A stretch of 64,000 bases of DNA, taken from the IMG/VR virus record IMGVR_UViG_3300034200_001896, positions 21,764 through 85,763 of that record. The stretch is one strand, 5' to 3'. Below, one piece after another: positions 10,417 to 19,869 of this stretch. Source of the DNA: a virus. The notes beneath the pieces were generated by a model, which was not told where the DNA came from, did no database searches, and saw only the letters and a list, made by a program, of their open reading frames with translations. Each line of letters opens with the position of its first letter. Position 1 is the first letter of the stretch. Position numbers and translations under genes: made by a program.

Positions 10417-12355
10417 AATACGGTGAACATTACATAGGCCACATGGTTGGTTATAGAGAAGACGACCGCTTTTCTATTGGCATGATTGTTGGATATGATG
10501 AAGATATTCCGCATGTTCCATATCGTGTTGAATGGTATGGTGAATATAGGGGAACAAAATTGGTTAATTATACGTTAGCACAAATAATGTTTTACATGGA
10601 CGAGTACAATAAATGGACGAAGAAGATATCCTAACACGACCAAAAGTTGGCGATATGGTCATGGACATGGAAAATTATGGCATGATTATAGAACAGATTG
10701 GTAGCAAGTTCCTAGTTGAATGGTATGGCCGGATGCGTTATGCTTATCGCTATGATGTTTCAACGGTACGTTTGATGCGGCAAGACTTCTTGTATTATAA
10801 AAAACATGGCAGGCATCCATTGTCAATGTAAATATGAACTATATTCCACGTATTGGCGACTTAGTGTTATATGAGTCTCTTCATGGCAAATCTACTCTTG
10901 GAATAATTAAGGGCATATATATCTATCCTTCGGATTTAGAAAATATACATCCAGATGATTTTGTTGGCAATCTTTACCGTATACTTTGGATAACCGAGAA
11001 CGATGAAGCAGGATATATTATAGATAGGGTAAAGGAATATAGACAGAATTATTTAAGATGGAGAAAAAATAATGGTTTATGAACCACAGGTTGGTGATTT
11101 GCTAGCGGTTGAAAACGAAAATTCTCAAATTGTGTTGGGAATGATATACAAAAAATATAAAAAGGGTGGACGGACAGATTACTATACGGTAGAATGGTTT
11201 GACGAAACAACGTCATATGAATACAACATTGGCGACATAGATACATTTAGAATACAATTTGTAAAATGGCGAGACAGTGAATGCATCAACCTCCATACAT
11301 AGGTGAATTGCTTGCTGTCCATGACTATAAAAAAGATTATATTCTTGGAATGATTGTAGACATATGTGATGATGGTGATTTTCCATACGTTATAGATTGG
11401 TATTACAAAGACGCATCTGTTGTTGATTCAGCTTATACAAGTTTAGAAGATGTGCTACTGTATCGTAAACGTTTTCGGGAACTAAAAAAGAAACTATGAA
11501 CATAAATATTGGCGACCTTGTGTTACAAAACGGCAATAACCTTGGTATGATTATTGGTGCATTTGATGGTCAATATATAGTTGAATGGTATGGCAATGAT
11601 GATGTAACGCCATACAAGTTTAATTATTCGCCGTTTATCACCGAAAGCTTTCGCAGAACATACATGAAATACAGGAAATGGATATGAAAGATTATATTCC
11701 AAAACTAGGTGATTTAATACTAAAGCATGTTGGTAAAGAATATATGATTGGAATGATTGTCGAAGAATATGCCTCCTCTTGGTCTGTGGAATGGATTGGT
11801 CGTGACCTCCTATATTCAGGATATACACAAACAGAATTGATGCATGCCAGACAATCTTTCCTAAAGTTTAAGAAAACCCTATGAAACATCCTATCACAAA
11901 AGTTGGTGCCCTTGTTGCCCACAAAACTAATCCACAAAGTGAATTCACCTTGTTTGGTCATGTGGTGGAGATAGTCCAGAACGATAGCTACCCACATGGT
12001 TATGGTTATAGGGTTATTTGGCACAACAATGATAGCGATGAATACGTTTACAACACGCGAGAAATAGATTACTATCTAGGTATAGTTGAGGAGTTGAAGA
12101 AACTATGAAAGCCCATGTCGGAAGTCTTGTTGCAGTTAAAATAACAGGGCTTCATGCGTTAAATAATGGCAGCAAAATAGTTGATGGTAGCAAACGCACA
12201 GGTTTATTATTTGGTCATGTGGTGGAGATAAAAGAGGGTAGCAAAAAGATTATTAAGCATTACCGTGTTATATGGGATAATGGTAACGAGTTTCTTTACA
12301 ATGATTATGAAATGGATACATATCTAAAAAACATACAGGATATAAAGAACAGTTA

Positions 12356-12829
12356 ATGAGTACTACCTACCCACTACCCCACCACCCCCCCTCTACCCAT
12401 CTACTACTCCAGCAGGGGGAGATGGTCTATATGATAAGCGGGAGATTAAAGCGTGAAAGGATGAAAGGATATTTCACTACATATTCCTATATGGACCCGC
12501 AAGAAGTAGTGGACAACTTTATAGCTAATGATAGTGAAGCTGTAGCCAAACGTAAATCCACCGGGGAACTAATAAATATAAGTACCCATATGATTGGTTA
12601 TATCCTAAGCGATAGGAAGTATAGTGAACAACATGCTGTGATGCAAAGTCCCCTATTAATAGGTTATGATATCCGTTGGGAATATGCTCAGAGTAACGGG
12701 CATCATAATATCTTTGAAGATGAGGAAAGCATTGTGCCATTAAAAGACCTAATTATATTAAACCCAGAAGAATTAAAGGGTGAGGTCTTTAATGATGGTG
12801 GACCCAAGAAAGGTCAGCAAGCCGGATAA
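12356..12829 (+). CDS. Hypothetical protein (start uncertain)
   Basis: 157-codon ORF following the array; N-terminus lies in a C-rich low-complexity tract. Confidence 0.5.
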   Translation: MSTTYPLPHHPPSTHLLLQQGEMVYMISGRLKRERMKGYFTTYSYMDPQEVVDNFIANDSEAVAKRKSTGELINISTHMIGYILSDRKYSEQHAVMQSPLLIGYDIRWEYAQSNGHHNIFEDEESIVPLKDLIILNPEELKGEVFNDGGPKKGQQAG

Positions 12830-12908
12830 AGATAGACCATACTTGTTGATTGATGTAACTATATCAACCATCCTGTTATATTTTTTATATTGTATAGTTT
12901 CTTAACAA

Positions 12909-12966
12909 GTCAGAAGCATGACGCCAAAAGCTTGTCATGCCATATAGTTGACGCCAAGATTCTGTC
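12909..12966. repeat. Cluster of four G(T/C)CA-N6-TG(A/T)C boxes
   Basis: Boxes start at 12909, 12923, 12939, 12953 in a long intergenic region. Confidence 0.6.
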
Positions 12967-13317
12967 GTGACCATATGTTGCCCTACTTGTAGCGTAAAGA
13001 TTCTATACATGGGTGGCGCTAATAACTAACAATGGCAAAAGTAGAAAAACTAATACGGTGTGTTAGGGATTGGAAAAGGTGAGAGTATTTAACCCCCACG
13101 CACGAAAAAATATCTAATCATTTCAAGGGGTTACGCAATCACATATTGTATATTCTTGCCTCGCTTAACAATTGACATAACACATGGTACCATGCCTAAT
13201 CGTTGCTGTATAGCTCCCTATATTCCCTGTATATTATTAGGTGATTATGTCTGCAATTAGATTGCGCTTGACTTCCCCATCCCTTGTGATATGATGGGGG
13301 AAGCCCGGCGGCTGGCG

Positions 13318-13381
13318 TGTCACATGGGGGTGACAGTATGGAAAAAAGGGGTTGCGGGGATAGGGGTACCTGTGTTATACT
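13318..13381 (+). promoter_or_regulatory. TGTCAC-N6-GTGACA box plus sigma70-like promoter
   Basis: Box 13318-13335, A-tract, TTGCGG 13352, TATACT 13376. Confidence 0.7.
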
Positions 13382-13473
13382 AATATCGCGGTGTGGGAGT
13401 CCGTGCTAGCCGCCATTATGGGTAAAAGGTCGGGAGTATATCAGACCTAGGCCCCCTGTCAAGGGAAAAGTGA

Positions 13474-13536
13474 TGTCACCCGCAGGTGACACCCCGAAAA
13501 CCTCTGCTTGCCAATATGGGGAGGGGGGTGTATTAT
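13474..13536 (+). promoter_or_regulatory. TGTCAC-N6-GTGACA box plus promoter
   Basis: Box 13474-13491, TTGCCA 13508, N17, TATTAT 13531. Confidence 0.75.
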
Positions 13537-13574
13537 GGGTACATCTTCAACGGCGAACCACGGAGAGAAAAACA

Positions 13575-14165
13575 ATGGCATGGAAAGACGGCAAGCGTAC
13601 AGTGATGTGCCGACGGTGTTATAGTTATGGGCATAATATGCGGTCCTGCCCTACAATGTCTCCAGAAATGAAGGCTATGTATAAGGATGGAGATAGGGCC
13701 CGCAAGTGCTCCTACTGTTCCGAGAAGGGTCACACCAAACGCAAGTGTGAGAAGCGAACCAAAGACATAGCAGAATACGCTGCCGAGAATAAGAAGTATC
13801 GGAAGGCTTATCTTGATGCTATGGTTCAGCATGGTCTGTCCATTGGTTCTCTTGTCACCCCCATGGGGGCACGTGGTGAAAAGGATTTGGGTGACATTAG
13901 CCCAGAATATATTGGCATGGTGACACACATTGAATGGAAAGACATTCAATATCGTCGTCGTTCCAATCGTCCTATCCAAGCTAAACGGTTGGGCGAACAA
14001 GAGAATAACTGGAATAATGATATGTGGTTGGGTAGTCCGCCAATCAATAGCAAGGATTATGAAAGCTGGGGCAGATGTCAAGTATTGTCCCGCCGTAATG
14101 ATATCCTGTCTCATGTTCCCGCTGATTGGTTGGATGGATTGAGCGGGGCAGAGGAGTTCTTCTAA
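13575..14165 (+). CDS. Protein with two CCHC zinc knuckles
   Basis: CRRCYSYGHNMRSC and CSYCSEKGHTKRKC (CX2CX4HX4C); GGAG RBS. Confidence 0.7.
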   Translation: MAWKDGKRTVMCRRCYSYGHNMRSCPTMSPEMKAMYKDGDRARKCSYCSEKGHTKRKCEKRTKDIAEYAAENKKYRKAYLDAMVQHGLSIGSLVTPMGARGEKDLGDISPEYIGMVTHIEWKDIQYRRRSNRPIQAKRLGEQENNWNNDMWLGSPPINSKDYESWGRCQVLSRRNDILSHVPADWLDGLSGAEEFF

Positions 14166-14170
14166 CCCAC

Positions 14171-14230
14171 TGTCACCGCAGAGTGACGCCGAAAAAAACC
14201 GGTTGCGCTTCCCGGTGGTTGTGGCATAAT
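14171..14230 (+). promoter_or_regulatory. TGTCAC-N6-GTGACG box plus promoter
   Basis: Box 14171-14188, A-tract, TTGCGC 14203, TGgCATAAT 14222-14230. Confidence 0.7.
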
Positions 14231-14285
14231 AGGTTCATCAATCGCAGTTAACCACCCACGCAGTATAGCACAAACGAGGTTGCAC

Positions 14286-15335
14286 ATGGCTGTTGATTTC
14301 AAGACGTTCCTTAAGGTTGTTCCCCACGTTGCCGCTGTCAAGAAGCCTGTCCTTATCCGTGGTCGTCACGGTGTCGGTAAGAGCGAGACTGTGTATGCCT
14401 TTGCTGCCAATCGTGGCATGAAGGTTGTGGAGCGTCGGGCATCCCAAATGACCGAGGGTGACCTGATTGGTCTGCCGTCTATTGACGGTAACAGCACCAA
14501 GTTCAATCCTCCTGATTGGTTTAAGGATTGTTGCGATAATGGTCGGGCGCTGTTTCTTGACGAGGTGGACCGTGCTACGCTTGAGGTTCGTCAGGGTATT
14601 TTCGAGTTGACCGATTCCCGCAAGCTTAACGGTCACACGCTGCATCCTGATACGCTTATCTTTGCCGCTGTGAACGGTGGTGTGCATGGTGCACAGTATC
14701 AGGTGGGCGAGATGGACCCTGCCGAGTTGGACCGTTGGACTGTCTTTGACCTTGAGCCTTCCGTTGATGATTGGCTTGATTTTGCAAAGACTAACGCTGA
14801 CGGTCTGATTTGGGATTTCATTAACCAGAACCGTGGGCACCTTGAGCACAAGGGAGAGTTTGAGCCTAACAAGGTTTATCCCTCTCGTCGTTCTTGGATG
14901 CGTCTTAATGAGTGTCTGACCCATGCGGGCTTCCTTGGTACCGATGTTAAGAATAACCTCACTCCTATCTATGAGATTGGGTGTGCCTTTGTTGGCTTTG
15001 AGGCTTCGGTTGCCTTCCGTGACTTTGTTGACAAGTATGAGCGTCAGGTGACTATTGACGACATTCTTGCTGGCAAGCTTGAGAAGGTTAAGGATTGGGG
15101 CATCAATGACCACACCGCTATGGCAGACAAGCTTGTTGCGTCGGGTCTGTTTAAGGAGGAGTTGACCGATGCAAAGATTGACGCTGTTTGCAAGTATGCT
15201 CACCTTATGCCGTCTGAGGTTTGCATGAAGTTCTGGCGTGCCTTGTCGGGTGAGAATGTCAAGAACACGGTCAAGATTCACGATAAGCTTTCCGACCGTA
15301 TCATCACCATTCTTAATCCCGCTGCCAAGAAGTAA
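14286..15335 (+). CDS. MoxR-type AAA+ ATPase
   Basis: Walker A GRHGVGKS, Walker B LFLDEVDRA, DLIGLP, MDPAELDRW, PSRRSW. Confidence 0.85.
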   Translation: MAVDFKTFLKVVPHVAAVKKPVLIRGRHGVGKSETVYAFAANRGMKVVERRASQMTEGDLIGLPSIDGNSTKFNPPDWFKDCCDNGRALFLDEVDRATLEVRQGIFELTDSRKLNGHTLHPDTLIFAAVNGGVHGAQYQVGEMDPAELDRWTVFDLEPSVDDWLDFAKTNADGLIWDFINQNRGHLEHKGEFEPNKVYPSRRSWMRLNECLTHAGFLGTDVKNNLTPIYEIGCAFVGFEASVAFRDFVDKYERQVTIDDILAGKLEKVKDWGINDHTAMADKLVASGLFKEELTDAKIDAVCKYAHLMPSEVCMKFWRALSGENVKNTVKIHDKLSDRIITILNPAAKK

Positions 15336-15346
15336 TGCATGACATT

Positions 15347-15378
15347 GCGGGGGAGGTTGAATGACTCCCCCGCTTTTG
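15347..15378 (+). terminator. Intrinsic terminator
   Basis: GCGGGGGAG...CTCCCCCGC followed by TTTT. Confidence 0.7.
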
Positions 15379-15408
15379 TTGTATGTCTTTGCCTAGCCGC
15401 CCAAATAT

Positions 15409-15711
15409 ATGACAAAACTGGAACAAGAGTATAGAAGCAATATTGGCAAGTTATTTGTTCACCGTGATAGACAATGGACAGGAGCAGCTAAAGGTTGGGT
15501 GTTGGTAGGTGATTTGGTAATGATTGAGAAGGTGGAGAAACAGGGAGGATGGTATCACTATCACATGGAGATTATCAAACGCAATCTAGATAATGTGCCA
15601 GATATAAAAGATTCTAGAAATAAGCGTATTGTATCTTGCCGAGAGTTTCACAGGCACAGCGAATCCCCCCTGTCACTCTTGGGTGACACGGAAAACAAGG
15701 AGGTTGCATAA
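15409..15711 (+). CDS. Hypothetical protein, MTxxExxYxxxIGKLF paralogue family
   Basis: N-terminus shared with 17187, 17547, 18665. Confidence 0.6.
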   Translation: MTKLEQEYRSNIGKLFVHRDRQWTGAAKGWVLVGDLVMIEKVEKQGGWYHYHMEIIKRNLDNVPDIKDSRNKRIVSCREFHRHSESPLSLLGDTENKEVA

Positions 15712-15731
15712 ATCTCAGGATGGGGTACTAT
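15671..15731 (+). promoter_or_regulatory. TGTCAC-N6-GTGACA box plus promoter
   Basis: Box 15671-15688, TTGCAT 15704, TACTAT 15726. Confidence 0.7.
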
Positions 15732-15761
15732 GTATCCATAACTCGCTGATGGAGAAGCACA

Positions 15762-16958
15762 ATGGCTAACGAGACTGAGCAGTTCGACCTTGACCGTTAT
15801 ATCTACAATCTCTTGCAGAACGAGCCGTTCTTTGCAGAGATTTCCCGCCATGTTGAGAAACGTTCCAGCACCGCAATCCCTACCGCTGGTGTGCGTATCA
15901 CCAAGGAGGGACAGTTTGAAATGATGTATAACCCTGCCTTCTTCCAGAAGCTTACCCGTGAGCAGCGGGCAGGTGTTATCAAGCATGAGTTTTATCATTT
16001 GGTTTTCGGTCACGTCACTGACCGTATGCCTGATGGTAAGATGTCTAAGAAGTGGAATATTGCAACTGACCTTGCAATCAATAGTCATATCAAGGATGAA
16101 CTGCCCTCAATGGCTTGCATCCCCGGTGTTGGTCCCTTCAAGGATTTGCCGTTGTTTGAATCGTCTGAGTGGTATTATAACAATCTGCCAAAGCAAGACG
16201 AAAAGAGCGGCAAGGGATTGGGTGAGGGTTCTCCTGATGGTGGTGGTGAGGGTGAATCTGATTCCTTCGACGACCATTCCCAGTGGGGTGAGAACGCAGA
16301 GAACCTTGACCCCGGATTGCGTGAACTCGCCAAGGAACGTCTGCGTGAAATGATGCGAAGCGCAGCAGAGGAGGCCAACAAATCCTCTAATGGTTGGGGT
16401 TCTGTCACTCATAATATCCGCAAGGAGATTATGGACCGTATCTCTGGCAAGATTGATTGGCGTGCGGTGCTGCGCTACTTCATCAAGACCTCTCAGCGTT
16501 CTGCAAAGACTAGCACGGTTAAGCGTATCAACAAGCGTTACGCTTACATCCATCCCGGTCAGAAGGTGCAGCGTCATGCTAAGATTGCCATTAGCATTGA
16601 CCAGAGCGGTTCTGTCTCGGATGAAATGCTGGAAGCTTTCTTCTCTGAACTAAACAACCTTGCAAAGATTGCCACGTTTACTGTGGTACCCTTTGATACG
16701 GAGGTTGATGATAACCTTGTTTATGTTTGGAAGAAGGGAATGTCTCGCAGGAAGGAACGTGTTAAGTATGGCGGAACTGACTTTGACGCTCCAACCAAGT
16801 ATGTTAATGATAAGGGGTTCGATGGACATATAGTGCTTACAGATATGCAGGCACCAAAGCCTATCACTAGCAAGTGCCAGCGTATGTGGATGACTACTAA
16901 AGATTGTATGTCGTCGGCCCCTTTTAAGACTCATGAGCGGGTAATCCCTGTTGAATAA
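15762..16958 (+). CDS. Putative metallopeptidase plus VWA domain protein (DUF2201-like), MoxR partner
   Basis: IPTAGV, HEFYH (HExxH), WNIATDLAIN, MIDAS DQSGS, GGTDF, LTD. Confidence 0.85.
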   Translation: MANETEQFDLDRYIYNLLQNEPFFAEISRHVEKRSSTAIPTAGVRITKEGQFEMMYNPAFFQKLTREQRAGVIKHEFYHLVFGHVTDRMPDGKMSKKWNIATDLAINSHIKDELPSMACIPGVGPFKDLPLFESSEWYYNNLPKQDEKSGKGLGEGSPDGGGEGESDSFDDHSQWGENAENLDPGLRELAKERLREMMRSAAEEANKSSNGWGSVTHNIRKEIMDRISGKIDWRAVLRYFIKTSQRSAKTSTVKRINKRYAYIHPGQKVQRHAKIAISIDQSGSVSDEMLEAFFSELNNLAKIATFTVVPFDTEVDDNLVYVWKKGMSRRKERVKYGGTDFDAPTKYVNDKGFDGHIVLTDMQAPKPITSKCQRMWMTTKDCMSSAPFKTHERVIPVE

Positions 16959-16969
16959 ATAAACACATA

Positions 16970-17007
16970 TGGTGTGGGCAGTAAGGCAGACGATACTGCC
17001 CACACCA
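16970..17007. terminator. 14-bp perfect hairpin (terminator or processing site)
   Basis: TGGTGTGGGCAGTA / TACTGCCCACACCA. Confidence 0.55.
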
Positions 17008-17101
17008 ATGATGTTTGATATAGCATTGCGGGGGCTGGGAATGGCAATAAACCTCCCAGTATATCAAAATCCAGCCGCCCCGTCAAGCACTATTTTCTAC
17101 C

Positions 17102-17180
17102 TGTCACCTACGGGTGACGTAACGTGGGGGTGACACCCTCTAAAAAACCGGTTGCAAAAAGGCGAGAGCAGAAGTATTAT
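17102..17180 (+). promoter_or_regulatory. Tandem TGTCAC-type boxes plus promoter of a leaderless gene
   Basis: Boxes 17102-17119 and 17118-17135, TTGCAA 17152, N17, TATTAT 17175, ATG 17187. Confidence 0.75.
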
Positions 17181-17186
17181 CTACCT

Positions 17187-17534
17187 ATGACCCCCACCGA
17201 AAAGCAATACGCAAAGAATGTTGGCAAGTTGTTTATCGCTAAGGACAGGCGATACAATACGGATAAGCAAAAGTTTGAGCATACTCATACTCTTTGTTTT
17301 GTCTATGGTATGTACCGTACTGGTTACAATGGTAAGAATGGTGCATATGGTTACAAGATACAATCTCTTTTTCCTAAACTAGAACAAGATTGGAGAATGG
17401 ATTATACTATAAGGTGTAAAGAGTTTAATGAAGGTGGTAGACGTGGCCACTGGCACAGGATGGATTATCTCCCCGCTACTCCTGAGAATACGGAACTGAT
17501 TGGAAAAGTTATTGACGTGCCAGAAAATGAATGA
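17187..17534 (+). CDS. Hypothetical protein, GKLF paralogue family
   Basis: MTPTEKQYAKNVGKLF. Confidence 0.6.
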   Translation: MTPTEKQYAKNVGKLFIAKDRRYNTDKQKFEHTHTLCFVYGMYRTGYNGKNGAYGYKIQSLFPKLEQDWRMDYTIRCKEFNEGGRRGHWHRMDYLPATPENTELIGKVIDVPENE

Positions 17535-17546
17535 TAAGATGATTAT

Positions 17547-17882
17547 ATGAGTCAGACAGAAAAGCGATACAACAAACACATAGGCAAACTGTTTTGGTGT
17601 GGTGAACGAACATATAATACAGATGTAAGCGGATATCATCATTACTTTACGCTTGTAATGATTAGGGGAATAGAAAAAGAAAAATACAACAAGAAATACC
17701 AATATATTGTAGATGTAATATCTTCCCCATATAAACATAACGAAGGAGAAACTTACAAAGTTGGATGTGCGTATTTCTGTAATGATTTGTTGGAAGTTAT
17801 TACCCAGTATGGAAATGGATACTTCCCAGCGACTACAGGAGATTTAGAAAAAGATGTTGCCCAAATCCAGAAAGCGTGTTAA
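17547..17882 (+). CDS. Hypothetical protein, GKLF paralogue family
   Basis: MSQTEKRYNKHIGKLF; R.YNTD shared with previous gene. Confidence 0.6.
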   Translation: MSQTEKRYNKHIGKLFWCGERTYNTDVSGYHHYFTLVMIRGIEKEKYNKKYQYIVDVISSPYKHNEGETYKVGCAYFCNDLLEVITQYGNGYFPATTGDLEKDVAQIQKAC

Positions 17883-18129
17883 GATGGGTTGCAAGCACAA
17901 GTATCAAGTCCGCATCGGATACGAGGAAGCGGAAAGCTTTGCAGGAGATATGTATCAGCTAGAAGTGACAGAGGTTTATGAATGTTTGGACTGTAAGAAA
18001 ATCGTCAAGGTCTAGAAAAAAGATATTGACCTCCAGCACAAAATAGAATAAGATGGTTTCTGAAGTTAAGCGAAGTGATTGCAGTTAACCCTAACCAGAA
18101 GTTCACTCTCACTAAGGACAATAACTATT

Positions 18130-18420
18130 ATGGCTACCATTTCTAACTCTGACGTTCTCTCCGCTGTGCAGACTTTCGTTTCCTCTAACAACCGTCCCTG
18201 CCCTGCCCATTTCCTGACTGAGAAGTTTGGTGATGATGTGCTGGATGTGATTGACGAGTTGAAGGCTTCGGGTGTTCTGCTTGGTCTGCGTGGTCGCAAC
18301 GGTGGTCTTGCCACTCCTGATTCCGAGATTGTGGCTAAGCGTTCTGCCAAGTCTAAGACTGTAAGCAATACTAACGAGCCTGCCTCCGAGGCTGCCGAGA
18401 CTGTGGCTGCCGTTGGGTAA
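18130..18420 (+). CDS. Small winged-helix-like protein (Rrf2-like wing)
   Basis: IDELKASGVLLGLRGRNGGL resembles Rrf2 LxxxGLVxSxRGxxGG; own TTGACC promoter; downstream hairpin 18440-18480. Confidence 0.5.
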   Translation: MATISNSDVLSAVQTFVSSNNRPCPAHFLTEKFGDDVLDVIDELKASGVLLGLRGRNGGLATPDSEIVAKRSAKSKTVSNTNEPASEAAETVAAVG

Positions 18421-18664
18421 GCTGATGTAGATGTGGTAAAGGCAGGGAGGCAGAAACTTTAACTCTGTCCTCCCTGCCTGTTGTTTCTAACATAAGGATT
18501 AACCAAAATGTCACTGTGGCGTTGTTCAGTTTGTCATAAGGCAGGTCTTGAAGATGATTTTGTTTTCGTTCCTGTTGATGATACTCATGAGGATATATAC
18601 TGTTTTGATTGTGCTCCTCCAGAGGCAATGAAACAGCATTGGCCTGTCGATGAGGAGGAAGACA

Positions 18665-18949
18665 ATGACAGCGACTGAGAGGAATTATAGAAAGTATCTT
18701 GGCAAGCTTTATTGGTCTACTAACAGAGGTTCGCTTGTGACTATCGAAGCAGTTAAACGTTCACAATACGGTAACCGTTGGAAATTTGATATATTCTATA
18801 TGAATGCCAACGTTGGACAGCAGACTAGAAAGATTGATTGTGTAAGAATAGCCAACCTAATTAAAGAAGGTACTTGGATTCCAGCAGACCAGTATATCAA
18901 AAACCCGCCTCCCGCTGTCAAGCTGAAAGTAGCAGAAAAAAGTTGTTGA
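18665..18949 (+). CDS. Hypothetical protein, GKLF paralogue family
   Basis: MTATERNYRKYLGKLY; GGAGG RBS. Confidence 0.6.
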   Translation: MTATERNYRKYLGKLYWSTNRGSLVTIEAVKRSQYGNRWKFDIFYMNANVGQQTRKIDCVRIANLIKEGTWIPADQYIKNPPPAVKLKVAEKSC

Positions 18950-18982
18950 CTTCCTCCACCACTCTGGTATTATCTTCCCATC

Positions 18983-19660
18983 ATGAGCACTTGGAAATAC
19001 AACCGAATGTATGCAGCACAGGCACGTACTCCTGTTGAGAAGGTTACGGATGCTACCATCCCCACTCGCATTGATGCTATTCTGAATAACGGTATCTGTA
19101 ACGATTGGGAAAAGAACTTCTGTACTTCCATTAAGGAAAGCTTTACCAAGTATCAGGGTCTGACTAAGGGGCAATATGATACGTTTGTGAAGGTTGAACA
19201 GCGTTACGATTCTGCTGCTGTTACGGCACGTAATAACTGGAATGCCGCTTGGGATGCCAGCAAGAAGGCGAAGTGGGATAAGATGATTGAGTATTATTCC
19301 AAGACACCTTACTACAAGGGAGCGACGGATAAGGTTAGGGTTAATCCTAACTATATCCCCAGCGAAAAGGAATACGCTGCAATCTGCGAAAACAAGTATG
19401 CTGTCAAGATGCTTGCCCAGCAGAATATTCCTCCCAAGTATAAGTGTGGTGAGCTGACTGTGTATAAGGAATATGGTAACTATCGTTTGGCAACTGTTGT
19501 TGAAGTTGGCAACGTTGATAGTTGGGTTAAGGGTAGTCGCACTTACAAGATTAACATCGTGGGTGAAGCTGCCATTAAACTAGTTGAGGAGCGGGATATG
19601 TTGTATTACCGTGACTCGATTATCCCCAAGTTGACTAAAAAGGATGAAGTACCTTTTTAG
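18983..19660 (+). CDS. Hypothetical protein with possible C-terminal SH3-like domain
   Basis: 225-aa ORF directly after a TTGACT...TATTAT promoter. Confidence 0.65.
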   Translation: MSTWKYNRMYAAQARTPVEKVTDATIPTRIDAILNNGICNDWEKNFCTSIKESFTKYQGLTKGQYDTFVKVEQRYDSAAVTARNNWNAAWDASKKAKWDKMIEYYSKTPYYKGATDKVRVNPNYIPSEKEYAAICENKYAVKMLAQQNIPPKYKCGELTVYKEYGNYRLATVVEVGNVDSWVKGSRTYKINIVGEAAIKLVEERDMLYYRDSIIPKLTKKDEVPF

Positions 19661-19725
19661 TTCACACTGAAAGCCCACTGTGATACTATATACACAGTGC
19701 GGCGGCTAGCATGGAAAACAAAACA

Positions 19726-19869
19726 ATGAACAAAGATATCAAGACCCGAGACTATTTCATGTTGCTTATTATCAACGGTGTTACCAAGAGCGGCACCCAT
19801 AAGGATAAGAAGCGGGAACAAAATAAAAAAGAGTGCAGAAAAAAGGTTGACACTCGCAGGGAAGATTGA
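19726..19869 (+). CDS. 47-aa basic micro-protein
   Basis: MNKDIKTRDYFMLLIINGVTKSGTHKDKKREQNKKECRKKVDTRRED; below ORF-track cutoff. Confidence 0.55.
   Translation: MNKDIKTRDYFMLLIINGVTKSGTHKDKKREQNKKECRKKVDTRRED

Larger units (their letters stand above)
7730..12356 (+). repeat. Tandem array of about 21 paralogous 60-110 aa SH3/KOW/Tudor-like genes (starts 7730, 7957, 8216, 8535, 8728, 8952, 9215, 9406, 9600, 9796, 10011, 10210, 10413, 10613, 10834, 11072, 11281, 11496, 11678, 11881, 12105)
   Basis: Shared signature K(I/V)GDLV...(L/I)GMIV...YxVEW(Y/F)...R..Y...R; mostly overlapping stop/start junctions; 8216 is a weak member. Confidence 0.85.

Noticed and set aside
7730-12356. Diversity-generating retroelement behind the paralogue diversity
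   Set aside because: No reverse transcriptase and no near-identical TR/VR pair differing at adenines; divergence affects all positions
14238-16577. Long reverse-strand ORFs (14238-15281, 15648-16088, 16107-16577)
   Set aside because: Antisense shadows of the well-supported MoxR and VWA genes, with no recognisable motifs
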